A stretch of 64,000 bases of DNA from Puccinia triticina. Taxonomy: Eukaryota. Each line of letters opens with the position of its first letter. The stretch's first letter is position 1. Both the position numbers and the translations under genes were made by a program. Of the stretch, positions 52,740 to 64,000 are shown in pieces. The notes under the pieces are model-generated. The model had not been told where the DNA came from, searched no databases, and saw only the letters and a program-made list of their open reading frames with translations. Location: assembly GCA_026914245.1 (NCBI GenBank), contig CP110439.1:8060001-8124000 (forward strand), in the 5' to 3' direction.

Positions 52740-52846
52740 TTGACTATCTTGATCCTCCGTTAGTTGAAGTTACTGATGATCTTCTTAAATTGTTTGATGA
52801 CTTGATGATCTTTCCAAAGGTAATCGGCCACTGTTGGGACACCAGA

Positions 52847-54423
52847 TGTAGGGACTCTTGTGGGACACTTAAATGTTTATTTGGTGAAAATATCCTCTGA
52901 GGGGGAAATAAATTGCTAATAGGTTGAAAGGCTATTACAACTTACGGGTGGTTTGAAAGACCTGCCCCTCTAATGGTACTATGCAAATAACTAAGAGTCT
53001 TGTAATCAATATTTATAAAGATGTGGCTGATTCCAAGATAGATCTTACTTTTGTATAGTAATCTCTATCAGACCTAGATTCCTCAAATCACTATTCTTGC
53101 AGATCTGTTACAACTTCTGATGCTGGAGGGATAATGTAATCCAGTGGGATCAATTATGTAAAATACAATTGTTGTTGATGTTGGGTTGTTGATGAGAAGG
53201 TTGGTAATGATCTCTTCCTTAAGCAATCTCTTGATAAGGCACTTTAATCAATACTAGAGCTCCTGGTTGCTACTACACTACTACTACTTGTTATAATTGT
53301 TGTTGATGAAGTTGGTAATAATCTCTTCCTTAACAATCTCTTGATAAGGCACTTTAATTACTACTAGAGCTCCTGAATACTACTACTACTACTGACTCAA
53401 ACTTAACACTACCACTACCACTACCACTACCACTAAAATACCACTAAACTACCACTGTAACTAAACTAACCACTGTGACCAAACCTCTGTAGGCTGATTG
53501 GGAAAAGATCTGATGAGGGGGGGAAAGAGGCCTCCTTATATATTGAAGGGTGAGGGAATTTAGCTCCAGGGGAACTCCTTGTGAGGGCTATTTTCTGCAG
53601 GGGATATCAGTTGCACAGCAAGATATGCATGTGTTGCACTGCCTGCCAAACAATTAGGTAATGGATTCTGCAGGAGGGGATATCAGTTGCACAGCAATAT
53701 ATGCATGTGTTGCACTGCCTGCCAAAGAATGATGTAATTGATTCTGCAGGCAGGCTCCTTGAACACCTTATCTGCCTGCATATGCTGCACTGCATGATAT
53801 CATGTGTTGCTAGGTGACCCAAACAACCTTCCGTAACCTACCATATGCCTGCATGTCCAGCTGTTGCCTTCTTCCATCCAGAATATTGGGGGTCAAAGCC
53901 TCTCCTCCCACCTTGCTCCATCCTTCCTTCTTCCTCCTCCCTAATTAATACTTACATCCATATCCCATCATACTGAATCCTAGACCCTTATAAAGTAATA
54001 TACCACCCTTATAAAGATAATATACCCTTACACAAGTAATATACCCTTATAACACTGCCTTACTTGATACACCACACCATCCTCCCTTCCATTCCTGGTT
54101 GAAACATGTGCTCCCAATACCTTCCACCTCTTCTATTGATAACATCCTTCCACCTCCCTGCCATCCTACCTAGTCATGGTCCTCCATTCCATCCCTGATC
54201 ACGCCGTCCATCCTACATGATCCTAGTCTGCCGTTCCGCCCGTGCTAACACTATCCCTCATCCATCTGTCTGTATCTGTAATGAATCCATTCCTCCCATC
54301 AACACATACACTGCTTGTATTATATATAACTTCCTCCTCTTATAATGAATGATAGCTGTATCTATGCTGTCTCAATACCTCTGCAATGTGCTTTTGGCAT
54401 TGTCACGCCAATGGAGCACCACA
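52847..54423 (-). repeat. 5' LTR
   Basis: Near-identical to 44641-46217 and followed, in element sense, by the PBS-like TGG. Confidence 0.95.
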
Positions 54424-55376
54424 ACGGTCTTCCTTGTAGCGTTCCAGACGAAGCCTATGTACTTCTGCTCCTCCTTGAAAGGGGAGAATTTGGTCGCGTT
54501 TGTCTTGACGCCTAGCTGTTCTGACCAAGCCACTATGTGGTCCATCTCCACCGTTGAGTGGGTTGTCTTGACGAATAGGTTATCGTCCACCCATCTGAAA
54601 ATGTTGACGAGGTCGAACTCGCTTTGCATGAGTTCCTTCCATGCGTCGGCTGGTCTGCCAAACGATCCGCACCCTGCTACTCCGCCAAAGGCGATCCGCG
54701 TGTTGATGAGGATTCCCCCGTTGAAATCCTTGACCATCAGGTATTGCCATTGGTCTTTGGATGTGTTGGGATTTGGCGGTATGCCTTCTCCCAGTCAAAA
54801 ATCACCAGGAGCAGTGGTTGGGTTTGGCTGCGGAAGAATCGCGAAGTGGACTCGAAATCATCCCATGTGGTCATATAGTCCAGTTTGTCCACGAAAGAGT
54901 TCACCGACGGGATTCGAGGGTCATTCTTGGGGAATGAGAGATCGTTGATTGGTCGGACTGAACCGTCATCATTCACCGCGGCTCCCAGGGGATTTGTCCT
55001 GAAGAACTCGTATCTTTCCATCAGCTGTTTGTGGGAGAATGGCCCGAACATCCTTCCTGCTGCGATCTCTTTTGCGATCGTGGCCTCGATCTTCTCCCGT
55101 GCCAGTAAGGCCCCTTGGTGATTTGGAGGTGTATAGTAGGGGGTCCCGGGTCCCAGGTCATGTTCTGGGATTCCTTGGTGAAAACCTTCCTTGAAGCCTT
55201 TGATGACGTCTCTGTATTTTGTCGCGAGACCCGCTCCGGCTAGGGCTTCCTCCCATTCCGGTATATTCATCTCACAAGTCACTCTTGTTGGCCATCTTGG
55301 ATGGGGGATGAGGCTCTCGGTGGGCTTAGGAGTCTCATTTGGTTCTTGACCGATCGGGTACTCAGATAATCTGTCC
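54424..55376 (-). pseudogene. Reverse transcriptase of the Ngaro-like element (frameshift near 54757, split by insertion)
   Basis: GRMFGPF, NPLGAAVN.DGSVRPINDLSFP, SVNSFV, FDWEKAYRQIP, FGGVAGCGSF, RWVDDNLF and YIGFVW. Confidence 0.9.
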
Positions 55377-55674
55377 CTATTAAGGTGCCCAGTGATTGGT
55401 TTATGTCAGGAATCTCTCTTGTATCATTGCTTTAGACGGGCTGTAATACAAGAGGGTGGAAGAGGGGGGTGGATAGGGGAGGGAATGAGACGAGCGGGGG
55501 TAGCGAAGTGGTAAAAGGATGTGGGAAGTGGGAGCAGTGAGAATATGTGGGGACGGGGGGGGAGGTGCATTGCCGGGGTCTTCGAGGGATCTAAAACGGG
55601 GCCGTTCTGCCCGAGGAAACAGGGGTGTTAGGGAGGAGTCGAGGGGTACGAGGGAAAAGATGTGGGGGTTCCAC

Positions 55675-57199
55675 TTACTGGTCGCGGTTGCGGTTTCGCA
55701 CGCTTCCTCCAGTGTGGTTGGGATTAAAGTTATTCCCTTTGTACCCGCTTCCCGGGGGGCCTCGGCCGTGATCAGGTTTGGCTGGGAGGGATGCATGGCC
55801 TGAGGGCGCAGAGGAGGGGTCTTCGACGTTTCCTTTCTGAGTGGTTTTGGCTTTCGGTGGGTTGGGTTGGTTCGGTGGGACGGTGCGGTTGGATTTCGAG
55901 GGCCGGATACCTTTCATTGGGTCGCCTCCAACCTTGCCGTCTCCGATGGCGTAAGGGTTTTCCTGGAGGCCTATTTCGTTGAAATCGCGGCAGGTGGAGA
56001 TGGCCTCGTCGGCTGTCTCCTGCTTGAATTGGCAGATGTCGGAGAAAGATTCCTCTCCGTTCTCCTCCACCCGAAACGCGAAGGCATTGTTGCGGATTCT
56101 GATGTTGTAGCGCAAAGCTACCATGAATCCTCGTTTCCGGTGTAACCTGTCGCAGTGCTCTTTGTGGGCCAGGATCCACTCCGCGAGGACGGGGTAGTGG
56201 TATCTGTCCCGCATGGTAAGGTGGAAAACCCGGTGGTTGAGGGTCCAGTCCGAGAATGTTTGAGAGAACTCGTCCGGGACTGGGAAGCCATGGTAACGGA
56301 GTCCTTTCTCGGAGGCCGTCTCTTTGACCTTGGGCCGATTCTTCGAATGTTTGGCTAGAGCTTTTTCTTGCCACTCCCGGTTGAAAATGGTAAGGGGCAG
56401 GGGGCCTTTGCACTCGAGGAGAAGCTTGTGGAAATATGGAGGGAATCCGCCGTCGTCGTGGGAGTTGGACCTTCCCGTGATGAATTTGACGTTTCGGACT
56501 TGGGTCGTCTCGCCTGGCGGTGCCGGTCGTTTTTGTGGGACGCTCATGGGCTTGAAGATGACTGGGTTGTCTTGTCGTACCACTGTTCTCTGGGTGGCCG
56601 ACTTTTGGTCCGCTATGACGGACTCATACATCTTCATGTAGCGTTCGATCTTCGCTTCGTCTCCGGTCTTCTCAGCTTTGATTATCTGAGCCATCAGGAT
56701 TGCGCGCGTTTCTCGGTCTGCCTCTTTGGATGCGTCTCCGTCATCTGCGGTGGTAACCGGTTCGTCTACGTCCGCGGCTGGCTCTAGGGGGACTTAGGTA
56801 GTGATTGTGTCAGGATTTCCATGTTGGACATCACTTTTGACGGGCGTACGCACCATTTAACGGGCCTACTATCTCAGCTATTTCCGGATCTCTGATCTGG
56901 GCCATTGAGGGGCTTCCGGGAGAAGGTTCGGTTCTCGGGGCGGTCGCGTTGTTTTTGGCTGCTGCACGGGTCGTGGGTTTGGTGGTCTTCGCGACTTTCG
57001 CCGCTTTGGGTGGTTTGGGGTTCGGGCCTGGGGCTTGTGACGATGTCGCTGGTTGGCTGGCATCTATGTCTGGCTCTTGGGCTTGGGGGGTGGGATGTTG
57101 GGGTTGGGCCATTTGGCTTCCCTCACCCGCCTCGGAGGCGGTTTGTTGGGCAGCGGCTTTCACGGAGTTGGTTGTGTCATGGATGTTCAACCCGGACAT
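55675..57199 (-). CDS. Gag-like ORF1 of the Ngaro-like element, 2 predicted exons
   Basis: ORFs 56831-57199 and 55675-56694 join in frame through a 61-bp GT-AG intron (56853-56793). Lies directly upstream of RT. Confidence 0.75.
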
Positions 57200-57831
57200 T
57201 CTGGAACTTAAGGTTATAGGGGGGATAGGTAGGCTTTAGAGGGGGGGTTGTCGGTGGTGTCGAAAGAAAGTTATAAAAGAATTTTTTTTTTTTTTTTGAG
57301 TTTTGTGGTTTGGAACTGTGTGTTTTGATTTGGAATAGAGATTTCGCGAAAAGGAACTATGATCCGGGATAATGGGGGAGAGCGAGCAAGGAAGCGCTGA
57401 TGGAGTTGAGGAAGGAGAGCTCTACTCTTGGCCGAGGTGGGGGGAAGGCTCTGAGGTCTTTCCGGCTTGACTCTTTGGCCAGGGCGTAGGCGACTCTCCC
57501 TGGTCCCTGTACGCCGATATCTCCGCCGGTGAGGCGTGCAATAAATCGTGCATGTGCTAGAAGCCACACGCTAGCCCTGGCAGGAGCGTACAGGGAGTGG
57601 CTAGACGGGTACATGGACTCCACCCACCTCCCGTTGCACTCCCGGTAACACAACAGTAAAGCATGGACCCTGACAACCACGTGGTCGAGTAGTGCTCACA
57701 GGCAGGGAATCAGCATCCACCGGATAAACTTACTACGAACCACTTCCAACAAAAAACGGAAAGACTCGCACGAAAGCACTCGAACACACCCTATCAGACT
57801 AACTGGACCCTCAGCAGCCAAGCGAGGGGAG

Positions 57832-60422
57832 ATGAATTACAGTCGGCTAAACTCATCATCACCAGTCGGCCGACTCCGGAACTTGACCCACTCTAGAACA
57901 CTCAGATCAAGCTCAACTATTCTCACCATCTGCTTCTGCGTCCTATCCATCTTCATCCTCTCCTGGATCCTCTCCAGCTCCAAATCGATCAACTCGCCCA
58001 GCTGGAGCGTCTTCAATCAAATCAACCAATTCCAGCCCACTCCAACTAAGAACCCCCCTCAGAAACCAATCGATCCCTCTCAGAAATTCTTGGTCAGAGA
58101 TTGGTCGATTTATCTAGGCTGGAACAACTTCAGATACACCATCGAAACTGGCCTGTTGCTTGCCAAACTGCTCAACCGAACACTAGTTCTGCCGGCCTTC
58201 ACCTACTCTCGGGCGTGTGAATATGATGAGTATGTGTTGGTTTATCTACAACATACAAGCAAGATCTTGACTGTTCCGCGTTTTTTTCTCTGTTCGAAAA
58301 AGAAACGAATGTACTGCGCTTACCCCTATCCTCGTCAATGGTGTTTCGGTCGACGTGACCAGTGAGTTCCTCGTCTCCCAAGTTTGAATTTGAAACCATA
58401 TCTATCCGAACCAACTTTCGATTCTCAGCTCTCTCAAATCGAACTTGGTATCCCGATCCCAAGCCTGGCACGCATACTATCAAACCAGAACTGTATCTGC
58501 AGTACGGTAAAGGATGGGTTTTGCCGATCGAGGTAAGCTTCTGTTCGCCCAAAATTGATTCGATCAGATAGGCTCATCATTCCTTTCAATCCTAGAAAAT
58601 GCTAGACGTCGATCATATCATCGCAACTTGGGGGCATGCCATCAAACTGGGCGATTTCCACAAATTAACCAACCCAGATCCCTCATTCCATGCCATCGGG
58701 GTCTACGACGGAACTTGGAATACCGACTTCAATCTCAATCTCAGTTATAGAAAGTTGCCCAATGCGTAAGCTCTGCTAAATAGATAAATATAATGAAGAA
58801 GTCATCCTCTTGAAAAATCATCATCCATTAATTCCAAGCATCACTGCTTCAAATCCCAAAAACCAAACCATCGGCCCACAGCATGTTCACCAACTTCAGT
58901 CTTAGCATGGTCGACAGACTACCCAAACCGATCAAGCCACTCATAGATCGCCAGAAACAAAGGAGACCAAGCTCATCAGCCCTCATTACCCAATGTGAAT
59001 CTACCCTCAAGATCCTCGAAGCAAACGTTCCCCAGAAACGGGACAACATCCCTTCACCCGAACCGAAGCGATCGAAGCAAGACCTACCCAACTGGGACAT
59101 ATCGGAAATCCGAGGGAATTACATTGCTGGCAAACTTGCCGAATCTGACAACCCTTTGCTCGAGAGTTGCTTTGCCTCGAATGGTTTCCGATCTGCTTAT
59201 GGTTATGGGTGAGTGACTTGCAAACCACCTCCCCATCAACACACACCTCCATTTCTCTGACCCGTTTCATCTAATGTATCCTAGTATGTTGGGTTGGTGG
59301 ATGAAAGCTCCATACGAGCCGATCAAGAACATTAAGCGGTTAAAAAATATGGTTGGGTGGTGGGATGAGTTACATAAATTCGACGAACAAATTTTGCACA
59401 TTGAGGTGGGTCGGGTTCAAAAAAAAAACAACAGAGATCTGCGTTGTGATCGAACAGGAAACTGATGGATACGAATATATAAAGGGTGAACTTCACAATG
59501 GATTCCCACCAGGGCAAATGATTTGGACGAGCTTAGAAGGTAGACAAGAGTTCGAAAGGCTAGTTCGCTCGGCTATCAGGCCGCCACAATGGTACCATAA
59601 CGTGGCCGCCCGGCTGGAGAAAAAGATGCGAGCACGATGTGGAGGACGGAGTTGGGTTGGAGCTCACATGAGACGCGGAGACTTTTTAGCGTTCGAATGG
59701 GCTGCCAATGTGAGTTCATTCTCAAAAAAACAGACCTCCCCAAAGCTCATCGCATCCAAAGCCTCCTCCTGCAAATCTTCTGCAATCATCTTGTTGATTC
59801 ACTTCGTCACTATTTTCCAGAATATTACTAACCAGTGGAATGAGATTAAATCTAATACCCTGGCCGGTGCCAATCTCTTACAAAGCCGACCTGATCTGCT
59901 CAAACCTACGAATAAACAATTTGGCACAAGTTTAGAACCACCTCATGTCGACGATCCGTGCGTATCGTTTTTACCATTAACTGTTTTCTTAAGTTGATCA
60001 AAAGATTGTTGTTTTTGTGTGTGTCTGTGGTGGGTAGGATTTACATTGCAACAAATATCAGGGCGAAGGAGGAAGTGCAGTATTTGCGCACTAAGCACGT
60101 CGTCCTGCTGTCTGATCTATTGGAAGAGTCAGATCGTGTCGAGCTTGGGTTCTCGGGCAAATATATGGATACCACTTCGATTCTGGAACAGTGTTTGCTA
60201 ATGAGGGCTGGGTACTTCTACGGCGATGTGAGCTTTCCTGCTTCGCATTTCTCCCTCTTAAACCTCCACTCTCTTGGACTGATCTTTTTTGTGTATTAAT
60301 GTTTTTTTTCAAAGGCTCATTCTTCGGTTGATGGATGGATCTTGAATCGGAGAGTGTTTTACGGAATCAGTGAGGAAGTCACTAAGATTGAATACTTGAA
60401 GCAACCCGGCGACGGCAAATGA
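57832..60422 (+). CDS. O-fucosyltransferase-like (GT-B) type II membrane glycosyltransferase, multi-exon
   Basis: N-terminal TM helix, GWNNFRY...LAKLLNRTLVLP, GAHMRRGDF, IYIATN and LEQCLLMRAGYFYG..SS are motifs of the O-FucT/POFUT-like family. Confidence 0.8.
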
Positions 60423-61182
60423 TCATTGCTCCCAGAATAACAACCACTACTACTGCTGCTGCTACTCATACTACTACCCACCAGAAGCAGCTGCAACTCT
60501 TTGTCGAGTATCTATCACTGACTATTGAATGAGGATAAAAGGATAGGAAGCATTTGCTTATGCGTACATAGATATCTTCCTTCTCGCTCTTTCACTTATC
60601 TTTTTCGTCACAGTATGGGACTGTTCCGTTTTTTTTTACCTATCTGATTGCTCCGTTTCTTGAAAACATCCACACACTCATAGAATTTGTTTCTTTTGTA
60701 TCTTTCCTTTGCCCTTTCTTTTTTGGACTCTTCGCTTTTTCTTTCGCTTTGTTACTCTGATACATCCAGAAACGTATAAAGTGTAGTATTTAATTGTAAA
60801 TGATTTTCCAACAAAGTTGCTTGCCGACATCATCTATTCATATGCTTTTAGGCCTTGTGGATGATGTCTTGTCGATTACGTAGTTCAGGGCGAAAGAGAA
60901 ACCTCCGTGACATCGACTTGATGTCACCCATGAGTGTTCACATCACCGAATAACAGTTTGAACCTACCTACACACCAATCTTTCAACCCACTCCCCACCA
61001 TTCATGGATTTAATGTTCATCCCGGATCCCAATGCCCATTCTCGCCAATCAGCCTCAAAAACACAAAAACCAACAACATCTCGCTAGATCTTTTCTTCCG
61101 CTGTTGCTCCACCATCATGCTCTCGATTGGGAAGTCATCAATGAAACGGCGCAGGAATGGGGAGATAGGCAGCAAAAACATT

Positions 61183-61274
61183 TGGAGCACCAGGGAATCG
61201 AACCCTGTGCCTCTCGCAAATCGCGCTCATACCATCATGCGAAGCGAACGCTCTACCATATGAGCTAGAGCCCC
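61183..61274 (-). tRNA. tRNA-Ala(CGC) with a 19-nt intron
   Basis: GGGGCTCTAGCTCATATGGTAGAGCGTTCGCTTCGCA[intron]TGCGAGAGGCACAGGGTTCGATTCCCTGGTGCTCCA, with A and B boxes, a G3:U70 pair and a T-run terminator downstream. Confidence 0.95.
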
Positions 61275-62632
61275 AAGTGTTACAGCTCATCAGGTGTTCA
61301 AAGGATATAATCATCTGGCTTTTTGTCTGTATAGTCATTTTCACGAAGCATGATGTGCTTCAATGCGCGTGGCTGATGATGTGATGACCAGCTCACTCAA
61401 TCATTGTTGTTTTTCTTCTGGTAATGGAGATTTCATGTGAATACACATTTTTTTTGCTCATGATTGTAGACGAACTGGAATGTCTACTTTTTGAATTAAT
61501 GCAGCTTGCATGAAATATGAAGATCAAGGCTCTGTTGACATAGCGAAATTAAATAATTAGATGAATCTAGCGACTACCCAGAGGCCAGCGCCGCTCTGGC
61601 CGATAAACTTCACCGACAAGTTGGGGAAATCCCCTGCCCTACCAAAACTATCGGGATCACGCCTTGGGATTTATAACCAGTGGCGGCCCATAAATTTGGT
61701 AGGTTATCATTATAGACTCTACAGAGTGTTTGGATTGTGTTTAGCCAATTCATGCTAGCAGTTCATACAATTAGTGCTTACCCTCGGTTTGTAAAATTTG
61801 GATCGCCCTGCCTGAAGATCTTTGTCGACAACCTGTTTTGCGATCTCTTTTGTGCTAAGGTCCCAATGTTGAGTCAGTGAAGAAGCATCTCAAGCAGCCT
61901 ATTTCCACCCTAGAAGCTGCAAATGCTCTCTTCAGAAATATCCAAAATGAGTGATATTTGCCGCGAGCTTTTCAGGACATCAAAAGACTATGTAAGAGAG
62001 TATCGCGTTTGCCGACAGTCGACGAGGAGGCATGCTCAAATCCACCAGAAGCTGAATAATCGATATCCCCCCCCTCGCTCAAACCAGAGTCGCTCAAGAG
62101 GCGAGCGGCGTTGATGAGCGTTGAGACTTCGAAAATTTCTTTCATGATCTAATGGGTGATCACCATCTCGATTCTCTTTTCCAGCTGGTTGCATGTTTCA
62201 CAGCCAGTAAGGTCAAGGGCCCATAGAAAGAGCCGACCTGCATGTATGAGCGAGTTGAACGTTTGAAGGTCAATTGCTCGACACGTCTCAATCTCTGTAC
62301 GTTGATTGTGGGGCATTGGTGCCACTCGCTCATTCGCGGCGAGTCACACGGAAGGACATATTTCGAGGCGCTCGTTGATCGGCTTGAAGTCCTTCCCTCT
62401 TTCTTACTACGCACCATCCAAGGCTATTTGAGAAAGTAGCTACTTGTCAGAGGTCTTTTGGCCAACGTGCTCACAATCAGCTCTCTCTTTAAAGCTCCGT
62501 TGAGGGTTCACTCTTTACTCCTCATAGTACAACTTACAATTAACTGGTCCTGACGATCCTCCTCAAATTCGTCCAACCTTCCAACCTTCCAACCTTCCAA
62601 CCTGCCTCCTCCGCAAACAAATCAGGGCACCT

Positions 62633-64000
62633 ATGAATGCAATCAATTTTCTCCTCGTCGTAATGACAATCTGCAGCGGCCTTTCTTGGGCCAATGCACA
62701 ATCACAGCTCGAATCAGAAGATCAGGCCCCGGAGCCTAATGTGTTCGATTATTCCGGGAACGCGACATCATATCAAGTGAGAAATGATGCACTTCGGGTG
62801 GTCGAACAGTTCGCAAACGCCCTTGGCAACTACTCAACTTCAAATTCACTTGGAGACAGTTCCAAGACGGTAACCCTATTCAAGGGTGTGGTGCATGGAG
62901 GTTGGTCATCAAGCGCGTGAACTTGATCCGCGTAAAGGAAAATCAAAATCATCATAACCCATTGCTTATTTTTGTTTCATTTCTGTCGCATCAATAGCCA
63001 TGTCATATCAGCTATACCGAAACGTTGGAAACTCAACTCAATTGACCGCAAGTAAACTGCAATCCATGTCGACAGCTATCAATGATACCTTGAATAGTAT
63101 CAACGACGTTACAGATCAACTATTATCCTCTTCCAACGGCGCTCTGAAGTTCATTGACCTAAGAAATTGCCTATCCAACCTGATTCAACAAGGCGGTCTC
63201 AAAGACGGGGAGAGTTGCGTCATTGTAAGTTGAACTAAAGATATCCAGCCCTCAATTGTAAATACATCTAACTTGGGTCCCACCCATAGCAAGGGCTTTC
63301 TATCACAGGCGTTTCCGAGGTAAATTCAAATTCGAAACTCCAAAATGTTCATGAATATTGTGAAAATGTGCCGAAAGCTAAAGCTCCTACTATCAATGAT
63401 TCTGACCCGTAGATCTTGACAAGTGTCTTGCAAAACTTTGGCGATGGGATTCTACCTCCCAACATATTAGAATTGACCACTGAAGCACTTAATCCTGTGT
63501 TCACATCGTTGATCCCAGGAGAAGACAAGTTCTTCTCAGCTATCGAAGGTGCGATTGCGAGTGTCCAACGTGCAATTGCCGGTGCATTGGTCCAGGCTCT
63601 TGACGATGCCTTCAGATGTTTCAAATCGACTCTATTTTCCCCCATGTCATACGAGGAAAGACTAAGTAAAACACGGGCCTGTAACCGAGATACCGCCGCA
63701 GGTCACTCGTCCGTCTTTCATGATCTGAAGACTCTTTATCTAGCCATTACCAACCAGGTAAAGCATTTGTTTTCAAATCTTGTCATGCGTGGATACTAAC
63801 TACAAATCTCTCCATTTTTAACTATACAGTTCGTTGGTTACGTGACGCCGAATGTTTTGGAAAGCATTCACAGTATCTCGGATGCATACCTGAATAAAGG
63901 AGTTCACGCCAAACCAGAAGAGAAATTTTTCCGGAATGCAATCTCGAATACAGTCGAATCAATAGTTGCTTCAAATTCGGGAAATGAGGTCAGATAGATA
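62633..64000 (+). CDS. Secreted hypothetical protein, multi-exon, runs off the window
   Basis: Signal peptide MNAINFLLVVMTICSGLSWANA, followed by successive coding-like ORFs (62633, 63000, 63416) separated by GT-AG introns. Several N-glycosylation sequons. Confidence 0.7.

Larger units (their letters stand above)
44641..54423 (-). mobile_element. Gypsy-like LTR retrotransposon, non-autonomous (gag + protease only), 9783 bp
   Basis: Two 1577-bp TG...CA LTRs, 4-bp TSD ACGG, PBS-like TGGTGTCCCAACAGTGG after the 5' LTR (~52828-52844), and a polypurine tract GGGGGGGGA before the 3' LTR (46218-46226). Confidence 0.95.
41700..57700 (-). mobile_element. Ngaro/DIRS-type tyrosine-recombinase retrotransposon, interrupted by an LTR element; ends approximate
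   Basis: Order gag-like ORF - RT - RNase H - tyrosine recombinase on one strand, with no methyltransferase ORF. The RT frame continues across the insertion (WNATRKT|VRLPDDK). Confidence 0.9.

Overview
Eukaryotic, intron-rich, repeat-rich DNA. The short GT-AG introns with CTRAC branch points, the gene content and the TE types fit a basidiomycete, most likely a rust fungus (Pucciniales; inferred). Recognisable host genes: SVP26/TEX261-like ER cargo adaptor, ADE8 (GAR formyltransferase) head-to-head with a divergent Mad2-like HORMA gene, prenylcysteine oxidase/lyase, an O-fucosyltransferase-like glycosyltransferase, an intron-containing tRNA-Ala(CGC) and two secreted proteins. There is also a probable MULE-derived DNA-binding gene and an orphan gene in three local copies. 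The largest structure is an Ngaro/DIRS-type tyrosine-recombinase retrotransposon (~41.7-57.7 kb, minus strand). Its RT is split by a young 9.8-kb gag-protease-only LTR element (1577-bp LTRs, ACGG TSD). Most notable: the YR element appears to contain two spliceosomal introns, one of which removes the gag stop codon and fuses Gag in frame to RT. The left third holds hAT, Mutator and Harbinger MITEs with clean TSDs, hairpin-type minisatellites and two solo LTRs. All three LTR insertions have CG-centred 4-bp TSDs. Exon boundaries and family assignments were read by eye and are not confirmed by searches or RNA data.
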